Shown: positions 14,845 to 28,400 of the stretch, piece after piece | How the letters are laid out: each line of letters opens with the position of its first letter | Numbering within the stretch: position 1 is the first letter of the stretch | Made by a program: the position numbers and the translations under genes | Notes under the pieces: model-generated | Seen by the model: the letters and a program-made list of their open reading frames with translations, nothing else | What the model was told of the DNA's origin: nothing | Database searches by the model: none | Source: Eledone cirrhosa | Lineage: Eukaryota | Assembly: GCA_964016885.1 (NCBI GenBank) | Contig: OZ024746.1 | Span: forward strand, 3,472,001-3,536,000 | DNA: 64,000 bases | Direction of reading: 5' to 3'

Positions 14845-16435
14845 TATATATATATATATATGTACACATCATTATCATCATCGTTTTACGTCTGTTTTTC
14901 GACGCTAGCATGGGTTAGACGAGTTGTCCTGTTGTGGGCAGTGTCCGGTCGGCTGACCTTGTCTTGCTCATACGGGAACTGATTCTGGCTTGATTTCTAC
15001 AGCTGGATGCCCTTCCTAACACCAACCTCATTTACAGTGAGTGCTGGGTGCTTTTTTGCCGTGGCACCTCCATGACCACTTTGTAGTGGAATGATAGGGA
15101 CCCCAGTCCTATCATCTCATTTCTACAGCTGAGTAAACTGGAGCAACGTGAAATAAAGTGTCTTGCTCAAGGAAACAACATCACCCGGTCCGAGAATTAA
15201 AGGTGCATGGCTTAGTGGTTAGAGCTCTAACCACTAAGCCATGCACCTTCATATATATATATATATTTTTTTTTAGATGGATGGCAGGCGAAGTAGGTGG
15301 AGGGTCGAGAACAACGGACTCCCACAGGGCTCTGTGCTGGCCCCTATGCTGTTCAACATTTACACAGATGACAGCCGCAGTTCCACAATATTCGTAGATT
15401 CATATATGCGGATGATCTCTGCATCGCAACACAGTCAGGTTCCTTTGACACAATCGAGGAAAGACTATCAAATGCTCTGACAACTCTCTCTGCATACTAC
15501 AAAAAATGGTACCTTAACGCTAATGCCTGCAAAACACAAGTGTGTGCCTTCCATCTTAACAACCACCAAGCAAACAGGAAACTAAAAATCAGATGGGACA
15601 ACAATGAACCGGAAAACCACCCTCATCCAGTTTACCCTGAGTTGCCCTTGATAGAACGCTCTCCTTCAAACAATACATTGGCAACTAGAAATAATCTCCT
15701 CAGCAAACTAACCAACACCAGCTGGGGTGCAGATCCCATAACACTGAGGCAAACAGCACTGGCACTCTGTACTCCACCGCAGAATATTGTTCACCAGTAT
15801 AGGCAAGGTCGTGTCATGCAAACAGAGTTGACCCAGAGTTAAACAAATCATGCCGGATGATCACCGGAGCATTAAAAGCAACTCCCCTTCCAGCCGTATA
15901 CACTCTTGCCGGCATTCCACCGCCCCACATACGACGAGAGGTCAACGCAAGAACTGAACGGTACAACAATAACACGATCCCAGGCATCCACTCTATGGCC
16001 ACCAGGAAATAAGAAGACGATTAAAATCTTGAAAAAGCTTCTTAACCGTGGATAGCCTGGAGCATGCACAATTGGCGGCTTACAGGTTGGAATTGTGGAG
16101 GGAGAGTGACCACCGCCCACCCAACGCGGCCTTACCAAGCCCAAATAACAGCCTCCCCAATGGAACATCTCTTAGCAGAAAGGACTGAGTAACCCTAAAC
16201 AGAGCCAGAGCCAAAACAGGCAAAACTGGAGACAACCTCCACAAGTAGGGATTGGCCACCTGCGCTGAGTGCCCCTGAGGCGAGACTTCCCAGACCATAG
16301 CCCACATCCTCCGTGGGTGCTCACTGGGGCCCACATGCTCCAACCAAGACCTGATGGAAGTAAACGACATTGCACTTCAATGGATACGGCACTGGTGCGA
16401 CAAGATATGATGATGATATATATATATATATATGT

Positions 16436-16472
<37 letters not shown>

Positions 16473-19400
16473 GGAACGAGTAGGACCCCAACGGCTGAGC
16501 TTAAGCCATTTCGACGGCTAATTCTGGACTGGTCCAGAGTCCAGAATTAGCTGTCGAAACGGCTTGAGCTCAGCCGTCGGGGTCCTACTCGTTCCTATTA
16601 CCCACTCTACTACCCTAAGTATTGAGTACTTTGGTGCATTATGGTCCACCTGGTTCCTTACCACATTTCTTCCGTTATATATATATGTACACATATATCA
16701 TCATCATCATCATCATCATTTAACGTCCATCTTCCACGCTTGCATGGGTTTGGACGGGAATTTTCCCACTTGAAGCAAGAGTGGTTGTCTTGCTCGTATA
16801 GGACTGCCTGGCAGGTTTTCTACGGCTGGATGCCCTTCCTAACACCAACCACGTTTACAGTGTGGACTGGGAGGTTTTTACCGTGTTACCTACACGGCCA
16901 CATTACAGCGTGGACTGTGTGTTTTTTTGTCGTGACACCTACACGACCTCATTTATTTCAGACTGGATGTTGTGGTACCAACATAACTTCACATTGAAGG
17001 GGGTGGTGTGGATGGGGTGGGGGTAGTGGGACGGGGGTGTATTTTTGTTAGAGGTGCCTACTGACTGTAGGTTTCGCTTTGTACTTAGGCAAGGCGGGTC
17101 TTCTGTATTACTGTGTAGCGCCAAAGATCTCGGTCCAGTGACATTGTCTTGGAGAGGTGTAAGTGTGTGAGGTTGGAATTTATCAAGTCGTCCCAGGTTT
17201 TTCTGGGTCTGCCTACTCCGTGGCTACCGTCTATTTTTATCGCCCTGCACTTTTTTATACAGCTGTCGTCTTTCATGCGCATCACGTGACCGTACCAACG
17301 TAGTCTTCTCTCAAGTAAACAGTATCTTATCCCTCTTATTCCTAATTTCTCCCTTAGTTCGTTTATGCTTTGCCGTTCACGTATATTACTATTACACATC
17401 CAGCGGAGCATGCAAGCTTCGTTCCTCTGCACACAATGCCCAGGTCTCACTGCCATGTAACATTGTTGTTCATATGCAGGCATCATTCAGCCTGCCTTTC
17501 ATTTTTAGAGATAACCCTTTAGCGGCCAATAGCGGTATAAGCTCTCTGAATTTTTTCCATCCCGTTCTGACTCTAGCTACTGTACTTTCAGAGCACCCTC
17601 CACCACTGCTGATTTTGTCACCCAGGTAACGGAAGGTGTCCACTATTTCTATAGAACCATCTGTGCAATGGAATGAGCTAGTATTCTGTGGGCACTTGGT
17701 GCTACTTATTGCACCAGAGCACCGGCCACATATAAAATCTATATTCTTAGTTAGCTTACCTGTGATCCCACTACATCTTTTATGCACCTGTACTTTGCAT
17801 TTGGGACATAAAATGGAGTTTCTGCCTACTCCTTTCCTACACACTGAGCATGGCCATTTCCCAGATGGGACTGGTGCCCTATTTTCCTTCCTACAAACTA
17901 GAATTTTAGTCTTAGACAGGTTAATTTTAAGGCCTTTTGACTCTAGGCCATGCTTCCATGTTTGGAATTTCTTCTCTAGTTCGGCCATTGATTCAACTAT
18001 GAGTGTTAGATCATCTGCGTATAGGAGTTCCCATGGGCAGCCAGTCTTGAACTCCTCTGTTATAGCTAGGTACTTCTCCTGTAGTTGTCATACAATGAAA
18101 AGAGCGTCTGTGGTACTTTTACCTGATACAAACCCGAACTGCATTTCATCTAGATCAATTCGCTCTCTGATTAGTTGCGCTATTACTTTTTCTGTGACCT
18201 TCATGACCTGGTCGATTAATTTAATGCCTCTATAGTTACCCCTATCTAGGGCATCTCCTTTACCCTTGTAGCAGTTAATAATGATGCTGCTACGCCAGTC
18301 CTTCGGAACGACCCCATTCTTTATGACTTGGTTTACTATCCGGGTGACCATAGTGTGTCCCACCGTTCCAGAAGCTTTCAGCATTTCAGCAACTATTTCC
18401 GAAGGCCCAGCCGCCTTACCTGTCTTCATATCTTTGATTGCCTTACTTATTATACTACCTTCAACTAGCACTGCTGGTCCCTCTATTGGATCGATGTGGG
18501 GGAGACTGTCTTTCTCCCATTTATTCTCCTCATTTAGTAGCCTTTCGTAGTGACACTTCCAAGCTACCTTCTTATCAGTGTCAGTGATGGCAAGTACACC
18601 ATCATCATTACGGACATACTTCTCCCCAACAATATCACGGTTTTCCTTGACACATTGCCTAGCAATCCTGAACACCTCACGTTTTTGGTCCTCGCGTTGT
18701 AGAACATGCTTGAACTTTCTTTCCTCTGCTTCCCTTCTTGTGAAGTACACTTGACTCCTAGCTTCCCTCCTGGCCACTTGATAGTCTTCTCTACTTCCTC
18801 CATCCCGCCATATATATATATATATATGTGTACACACACATATATATATATGTGTGTGTGTGTTTGTCTGTGTGTTTTTACATTCACACCATTTAGGCAG
18901 CCAGCTGGTGATGTTTGTTCACTTTCTGCATAAATGATATATTGAAAAGCTCAGAAGTTTGACAGGAGATGTCAGTAAAATAAATTACTTTACTTAAAAA
19001 CCAGTAAGGGGTGTCAAATATCTGTTAAATATAAACTAGTTATTAAATCATATTTGAATAAATTTTCTCACCGTATTTCTTGCTGTCTCTACTTTCAGTA
19101 TGACCACTTAGAGTTCCCAGGAGTTGTCCCTCGTTCTTTTTTAGGACCTCTCTTTATATCATCAATATCTGCTCCTTTTGCCTTATTTGCTAACTTGCTG
19201 GGACTTAACAAGTTCTTCATGCAATATGTAGGTTAGTATTCATAAATTATACATTTTTTTATTACACATTTATTGCTCATACATTTAGACTTTTATTTAT
19301 TATTCATTATTTTTATTTATTTTAGGGCGGTGAATTGGCAGTATCGGTAGAGGGTCGGACACCATGCTTTCCAGCATAGTTACGTCCCTTTGCGGTCTGA

Positions 19401-22400
19401 ATTCAAATCCCGCCGAGGTTAACTTTGCCTTTCATCCTTACGGGGTCGATAAAATAAAGTACCAGTAATGTACTGGATAATTGATGGCCTTGTGCCAAAA
19501 GTAGAAACAATTATTTTTATTTATTTTATCTGATTTTATTTTTTTACATTTCTTTATTTTAAAAAAATCAATATGCAAATGATTTCCAGGCAATATCATC
19601 ATCAACATCATCATCATCACCATTTAACATCCATTTTTCAATGCTAGATTTTTGTTATGTAAATTAGCATGGTAGTTGCATAAATGCATTGGAAAGATAT
19701 ATAAAAGTTATTGTGTTTATATATATATATTTAATATAGAAAAGGCTTCTACAGGAATAGAACTGTTTCATTCGGGAGAAATCATCAGGAGCCACTTACT
19801 GTGGTTACTCCCGATTGAACCCGAGATAAACTTGTATATATATATATTGTCTGGGGAGCAGGAGTGGAGCTGATCACTTGAATAATCAATCAGATAATAG
19901 ATAAGTGTTCAATACTCAATGACTGACATAGCAGTATAATCATTAATTATTACAAGGAGAAAGGTAATGTTCTAGAATGAAACAACTATACAGGAATGAA
20001 ACTGATGGATCAAGTTCTAATTAGCACAACTAATTAGAGTCAGTTTAGTGATGTGCCAGAAGAGTACAACAGATACTTTTGCTTAGTGAGACAACTACAA
20101 GAGACATTTCAAACTAAATGTCACTATACTTAGCTATTGTAGATCTGGAAAAGATCTTTGACAGAGTATCCTAATTTGTTATCTGGTGGTCCTTAAGGGA
20201 ACTGGGTGTCAATGAGTGGCTCATGAGAGCAGTGTAAGCTATATACAGAGATACTGTTAATAAAGTGAGAAAAGCTTGACATATTCTCAGACGGTATATA
20301 TAAGTTTATCCCGGGTTCAATTGGGGGTAACCACAGTAAGTAAGGTACTCAATACAAAGCAGAGTATAAATATTTAATATAGAAAAGGCTTCTACTGGAC
20401 TAGAACTGTTTCATTCGGAAGAAATCATCAGGCTTCCTGATAAAACAGTTCTAGTCCTGTAGAAGCCTTTTCTATATTATATATATATCAAATGAAAAAA
20501 TGGAGTTAAAGACTCGCATTAATCCCCTGTAATTTAATGAGCACAAGGAATAAGTAATGCGCTCTTCATAATACAATATATAGAGAAGAAAGCACAAAAA
20601 GGGTAGAGAACCACTAGAGTGAAGAACATAAAGTCTATGAAAAGTGTGGAAAATACTTAATAATTAAAAGGTAAATTAAAATGTACAGACCCACCTTTAT
20701 AACTATAACACATAAACTATAAAACTATAAAACTATAAAACCTGAACAAACTGAAAGAGAATGTTTCGCCATAAACAGTGTCGGTACCATAACCTCCCAG
20801 GGCTCATCAGCAGGTGTAAAGTGGTACCATAACCTCCCAGGGCTCATCAGCAGGTGTAAAGTGGTACCATAACCTCCCAGGGCTCATCAGCAGGTGTAAA
20901 GTGGTACCATAACCTCCCAGGGCTCATCAGCAGGTGTAAAGTGGTACCATAACCTCCCAGGGCTCATCAGCAGGTGTAAAGACGATATGGTCGACACTTC
21001 TAAAGGGATTTTAGACAACTGAAATATCGCACATGGTGAGAGAAGAGACAAAAACATGTGGCAGACAGTACATAGTGGCTTGAATGGATTAAAAAAAACT
21101 CTACAAATAGCAGCCTATAACCATTCAACATAAAAAGCTCAACTATATATATATAAATTTGTTGGTAACGATGCTGATGATGATAATGGTGATGAAACCC
21201 CTGTTATGGTAATCATAATAATATCAACAATACCATTTGAAAATTATCATCTTGTATGTTGTTGTTGTCCAATATTTTAAGTATTTTTATTTTATATATA
21301 GGTATATCATGACTCATACACTATTCACTTCCCTGACATTTGTATATTATTCTATGTACTATACATGCACCTTTGATGAGTTGTAGTGCACCTGAGCACT
21401 GTACACAATAATTTCCTTATTATTATTATTATTATTATAACAATTTAAATACATTTAATATATATATATATAATTTATCATTTCAGTGCGATACTGCTTA
21501 GGTCTTTACGTATTATGGTCGTTCCGCAAGTTCCAAGAGGCTGTTCGCGCACGGTTTGGTCCTAACACTAAATTCTGGTTATATTTGCTTACAATAACTC
21601 AATTCCATTTTATATTCTATATGACTCGAACTCTTCCTAATATAATGGCACTTGGACTTGGTAAGTTAATTTCTACATATAACATTAACCCTTTCAATAC
21701 AACACAATTGTGAAGGCGCATGGCTTAGTGGTTAGAGCATTGGGCTTGCAATCGAAAGGTTGTGAGTTCAATTCTTGGACCGGGTGATGTGTTGTTTCCT
21801 TGAGCAAGACACTTTATTTCATGTTGCTCCAGTTTACTCAGCTGTAGAAATGAGATGATAGGACTGGGGTCCCTATCATTAAATCACCCAAGACACCTCC
21901 AACGAGATATACCTTGGAGGAGGCCAGCTAAACCTGCATAGGTGTGAACTGTCACACACACATGTACAAAACTCATACATACTTCATATACCTTCGTTTG
22001 AGCTTAATTTTTATTGTATATGACACATCAACAGAGGCTTCTTTTGTTTATATTTCTGAAGTGATTGACATCACTGGGCAGATTATTTCTTGTCTTTGAA
22101 ATCAACATCCAGGGTGGATGTATTTCCTAGAAGAAACTAAACAGCTATGTCTCCATGGCCAGAGCAAACTGCCTTATTGGAGGATATCAGTCATGGTCAA
22201 GCCCAAAGAGATATGGGGTCCATCTGGCTGTATTTGATCAGATGTACTGCCTAAACACCACCCCACAACCCTGAGGGGGCGATTATTCGAGACCCAAGAG
22301 TTTATGAAAAGAATACATGTATATGTTTATGAAATAAATATGAGATATGAATGTGAATCTGCAGTAGTATTTATATTTGAAAGTATATGTATATATATAT

Positions 22401-25400
22401 CCAGGCAGTGTAACTTGGAGTCACCAACCAATAAACGTAATGAAGGAGTAACCAATCGTCCTTGTTATTTTATTTTACTAAGCCCATGTTAGCGTGGAAG
22501 ATAGCCGTTAAACGATAATGATGATATATATATCCATTCCAACTAGCACCTGTTTTAAACGAGAGCTACGCTGGTTAGTAGGTCGATATAGTTTGTTTGT
22601 AGAAAGTAGTAGCTGTGAAAGGTGTGTAAAGGTCATGTGTCACTTTAGTTGTTTCATTGTGGAATTGTAATTGAATGTCACCACAGATTTGATTTCACTA
22701 ATGGCTGACTTCATAGCTGTAATTGAAGTAATGTAACTATTGAGTAGGTTACTGGTGGTAACAAAACTGGTAAAAATCTATCTCTGGCGGTAGAACTGGT
22801 GCTGTATAGCTGGTCTGTTGTTTGTGTCACTGCTGCCGTTGCTACATATCACTAGATATACCTGTTAATATAACATAATGCTAATAACTAATTAAGTGCT
22901 TTTTATCGTGAGACCTACATGACCACCTTACAGTGTGGACTGGGTACTTTTTCTTGTGATACTGACATGACCACCTTACAGTGTGGACTGGGTACTTTTT
23001 ATTGTGATACTGACATGACCACTTTACAGTGTGGACTGGGTACTTTTTCTTGTGATACCCACAAGACCACTTCACAGTGTGGACCGGGTACTTTTTCTTG
23101 TGATACCCACAAGACCACTTTAGGTGCAATTTGAAGGAAATTGTCTGTTATTTCCAGCTGGTTGAGCGACCCTGGAGAGGTTTGTTATATAGGTTTGTTA
23201 TATTAGTTGAGAGAGTAGAAAATTATGAAATCAACTTTTGTTTTAAAAAAAGACTTCAATATGGAAGATTTTTTTAATAACGAATCAAAGTTATGTGATA
23301 TTAGAGTATTAAGCTATTTCATACAAAACTGCCTGAAGTGGCCTCTGGTTCTATAATACAAATGTGTTTGTTTTAAAGTGTTTATATTTATCTAAAAACC
23401 ATCCACCATAACTTTATGTATGAACGTTTGGTCAACTTTTCCTTTCATCCATTCAAAGTTGATAAAAATGTACCAGTCTAGTACTGGGGTCAATTCTTCC
23501 TCAATATATCTTTCTCACTTCCATTCTCTCACTCTCTATCCTTATTTGGAAGAAATCTGCTGTATTCAGACCTGGAGAGGAGATGGGCTCCGCTAGGTTT
23601 TAAAATGCCCTAAAAATGCCATATTTCAATATTGTGCCTCTATGACTCCCTTGGGAGTTACAGGACCATGCCATGCAAAATATTCCGACTAAATGCATTT
23701 GTTTTGTAGTATAAAATGAAAAAGACACATAAACAAAAAATGTTAAATATGAAACCTATCTATTTTTCATTACAGTATTATTATCATTGAAATCATGGCT
23801 ACTCGGAAGACACACATCTTTTCTCTGGTTCTCTGGAATTGCCATTATTGTATTCCGCTCTGATGTCAGCTTGTTACTTGGAATTTATTTGTCTGTCGAT
23901 CTTATAACTCGTAAACTTTGCCTTAATAAGGCTGTTATTACTATTATTTTTGCTGGTGCCACTATTTTAGGTAAGTAACAAAAGTATTTTATAAGACAAC
24001 CGGGATCATTATAATTTTTAGATTAATTCCTTTTAAAATTATTGTTGGTTTGTGTATGATTTCACTACAGAACATTGAAACACATCTTTGTTAATCTTTT
24101 CCTTGTAAAAATATATTTCTATACTCTACTTCTATGTATTGAGTCCTTTTTCAGTTAATCCACATTTAACTATTATTTTTCAGTTATCTGTCTGTGTGTC
24201 TGTCTGTCTGAGTGTCTGTCCGTCCAAGCATTAAACTAATATACACACTCACACACACACACATACACATACACACACACACTAACACACACACACACAC
24301 ACACACATCCATGCATCCAAGCATTAAACTAATATATGTGTATATACACATATATACACACATACATAGGCACACACATACACAGACACACACATACACA
24401 GGCACACACATATCAAAAATGCTAACAACAGCAGTAAATCTTTTAATGTTATTTTCTTATCTTTTCTAAAGGTGTAACTGTGTTGGTAGATTCCTTCTTC
24501 TGGCGCCGTTGGCTCTGGCCTGAAGCTGAAGTTTTCTGGTTTAATACAGTTCATAACAAAAGTTCTCAATGGGGTGTATCCTTTAATAATGCTTCATTGA
24601 TGTGGTTTGTTTTATCTTTACTCTTCGGGTCTCTGGAATAATTGTCCCCCACTTCCGTTTATTCATTTTTCAGATTTTTTCCACCCCTACTACCCCACTT
24701 TTATTCCACCCCAATTTTGCTAATTTATCTCTGGCGAAATTTTATTTTAACACTTTAGCATTTAAACCGGCCATATCGGGTCAGAGTTCTCTCATCTCTT
24801 TCTGTTCAAAACAGCCGTAACCAACTACTCATACTGATGTTAAGGTATTGTTCTCAAAATAAATAATATCGAAATCTCATAGATTCGATATTATGCAAGG
24901 TAAAGCCTTTATCGTGAAAATACATATAAAGTAAATATAAAGTAATGTAAATGCTAAAGGGTTAAGTGGTAGCATTCCTGCAACAATTAATTTTCTTTAG
25001 TCATTAAAAAACATTATACATGACAAAAAAGAACATTATTAGAAATCCACCACAACAGTAGAGCCACTACTTCTCTGAATTAAGAGATCACTGCTCTGAT
25101 ACTATGGGCATGGGGTTAGAATGTCTCAGGGTAGAATCACTGGAGGGTCACTCCAGGTAGAGCCACTACTTCTCTGAATTGAGAGATCATAGCTCTGATA
25201 CTATGGGCATGTGGTTAGAATGTCTCAGGAAAGAATTGCTGGAGAGTCACTCCAGGTAGAGCCACTACTTCTCTGAATTGAGAGATCATAGCTCTGATAC
25301 TATGGGCATGTGGTTAGAATGTCTCAGAAAAGAATTGCTGGAGAGTCACTCCAGGTAGAGCCACTACTCTGAATTGAGAGATCACTACTCTGATACTATG

Positions 25401-28400
25401 GGCATGTGGTTAGAATGTCTCAGGAAAGAATTGCTGGAGAGTCACTCCAGGTAGAGCCACTACTTCTCTGAATTGAGAGATCATAGCTCTGATACTATGG
25501 GCATGTGGTTAGAATGTCTCAGGAAAGAATTGCTGGACAGATTTTATGGGCAAAACCAACTGGCAGGAGACCAAGAGGTAGACCCACCCTGAGCAAGATG
25601 GTTGGATAACATCCATGAACTTGGCTGGTCTTGCTTGTGGATCCAGCCAGATCAATTGGAGATGATTATTTCTGACAGGACCCACTAGAAGGAGTTTTTT
25701 GAGGACTCTGTCCTACGACCCTCTCAGGAATAAGTGGGTAAAGTAGAAGGTACTCATTACAATTATTGGACCTGTAGCCATAACTGGGGAACCACTTTCA
25801 AATGTTTTTAGGCAATTATATTGACCCAGCACTTTGTCTTGTACTTATTGACCTCAGATTAGGATAAAAGGTATGTGACAGCTTATAAAACCACTTTTTC
25901 TCCCTCCCCAAACCATCATTATCATCATCTTCATTTTTACGTCTGTTTTTCCACACTTGCATGGGTTTGATGGGTCTTCTTCAGCACAGCATCTCTCTAC
26001 TCACCCCCCTCTTCCTCCTCATCATTACCATCACCATCATCACTACCATCACCGTGATGACCTCCCCCACCTGAAATAGAGTAATGAGATGGTCATGGCT
26101 GGAATGCCTTTGATTATATTTTTGCTCTATTGGGGCTGGGTATTAACCAATATGAAATATTTAAAGCCACCCTAACCAACTCCTATCAATATTTTCCTTT
26201 ACAGTAGCCAGACATCTCCATTTCTATGGTACTTTTACTCAGCCTTACCAAGGTCTCTGGGTTTAACAATATTCCTTGTTCCGCTAGGAATATATTTCTG
26301 TCGATCAATTAGAGGACTTGTACTTCCAGCTCTTGCCTACGTTATACTTTATTCATTTTTACCTCACAAAGAACTTCGTTTTATTATCTACACCTCCCCC
26401 CTCTTCAATGTCGCTGCTGCTGCTTTCATCAACAAAATGTAAGATTATATTTATATCTTCTTTCTCTTTTTTTGTTTTTTTTTTGTTTTATATGTTTTAT
26501 TATTATCATTATTATTACTCTCGGGGCTGTGGATTGGCAGTATCATTAGAAGGTCGGATGCCATACTTTGCAGCACAGAGTTACGGCCATTTATAGTCTG
26601 AGTTCAAATCCCGCCGAGATTAACTTTGCCTTCTTACAGGGTCGATAAAATAAAGTACTAGTAATACACTGGATTAATTGCTGGCCTTGTGCCAAAAGTA
26701 GAAACAGTTACTACTTTCTGGTCTCGAATAATGTCCCCCCCCTCTCTCTTATTATTTTTTTCAGATTTTTTCCAACCCATCCCCAGCTCTTATTCCAATT
26801 CCTCCTCAGCTTATAAAATGTTGCTAATCTATCTACTGGCCGAAACCTATCAAAGTTTATCTCCGGTGAAATTTTATTTTAAGTGGTAGCATTCCTGCGA
26901 TAATTAATTTTCTTTATAAATAAAAACAAAACATTATAGAGGACAAAAAAAAGTACATTACTAGACATCTCATGCGTTATAATAATTAGGATGGGTTGGG
27001 GATCTCAATATGTAAACAAAATGACTAATTCTGGTTTTTAAAAAATCAACGGAGACAACCTAGAAAAATTGATCTTCTACTTGTGTGAAATAAATAAATA
27101 AATAAATAAAACAAAATTCAAGGGGGACAACTTCTTTATAGTGTTTAGATTACTATCTTCATCTCTCAATTATCTCCCTTGTTATATGCAAATGTTTCAT
27201 CTCTTTGTTTTCTTTCAGATTTCCTATTCCTTTCTCTCCCCGCTTTCATATTTTTCATCGTCTCTTTCTCTCTCTCTATATATATTCTATCACACCAGCC
27301 CCTCTCCTATACACCTTTACTCTCACCTTCTATATCTATATCTCTTTATTCTCACCCTTTTTTTTTCTTTATTTCTTTCGTTTACCCCCCCCCCCCCCCT
27401 TGTACATACACACATGGAGTCATGTATATATATATATATATATATATACCCTCATACATACACATATGGAGTTACGTGAACGGCAAAGCATAAACGAACT
27501 AAGGGAGAAATTAGGAATAAAAGGGATCAGATGTTGTTTACTCGAGAGAAGACTACGTTGGTACGGTCACGTGATGCGCATGAAAGACGACAGTTGCATT
27601 TTCGATTTCATTTTTTTTTCTTTATACTTTCACTCGTGTAGGACACCTCTGTTATTTTTCATTTTGTAAAAAAACCTCACTTTCTAATAATATATATATA
27701 ATATGAGGGCGGTGGATTGGCAGTATCGGTAGAGTTACGGCCCTTTATGATCTGAGTTCAAATCCCGCCGAGGTTAACTTTGCCTTTCATCCTCATGGGG
27801 TCGATAAAATAAAGTACTAGTCAGTACTGGGGTCGATTTAATCGACTTTCCCCTCCCCCAAAATCACTGGCCTTGTGCCTATATAAGAAACCAATATATA
27901 CATATATATATACATATATATATATGTATATACATATATATGTGTATATATATATATATATATAGTAATAATAAATGTGAAGACTAAAATCTAAAGAGGG
28001 CTTGATAAGGATAAAAACCATAGAGCAAATATTTATTAAAATAACAGATTAAAGTTTAAAGTTTAATCGCTGCTTTCATCCTTAATGGGATCTTCAAGGG
28101 TGAAAGCAACGATTCTTAGCTTAAACTTTAATCTGTTATTTTAATATATATACATACATATATATATAAAAGAATCGAAAGGAAAGAATAATTCAAAGCT
28201 CAAATGTGATTTTATAGTCCACAACAAGATAGGTAAAGACTGTTCAGTAAATCTCCAGTCACAGTAGTTTTACAACATCACAGAACATATATAAAGTGAA
28301 TAAATTAACATTACATTATTTAATAGACTTTTCTATCAAATACAGTATAATGTACCTTTTTGTTCCTCTGTATTGAATTCCTCAGAATTGTTTAATGATT

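Larger units (their letters stand above)
24576..26211 (+). other. U12-type (minor spliceosome) GT-AG intron of ALG12
   Basis: 5'ss GTATCCTTT. Branch site TTTTCCTTTAC at 26192-26202, about 10 nt before CAG, with no polypyrimidine tract between them. Confidence 0.88.

Noticed and set aside
23848-23863. ALG12 FRSD instead of the usual FRxE
   Set aside because: It is a conservative substitution and gives no evidence of altered function.
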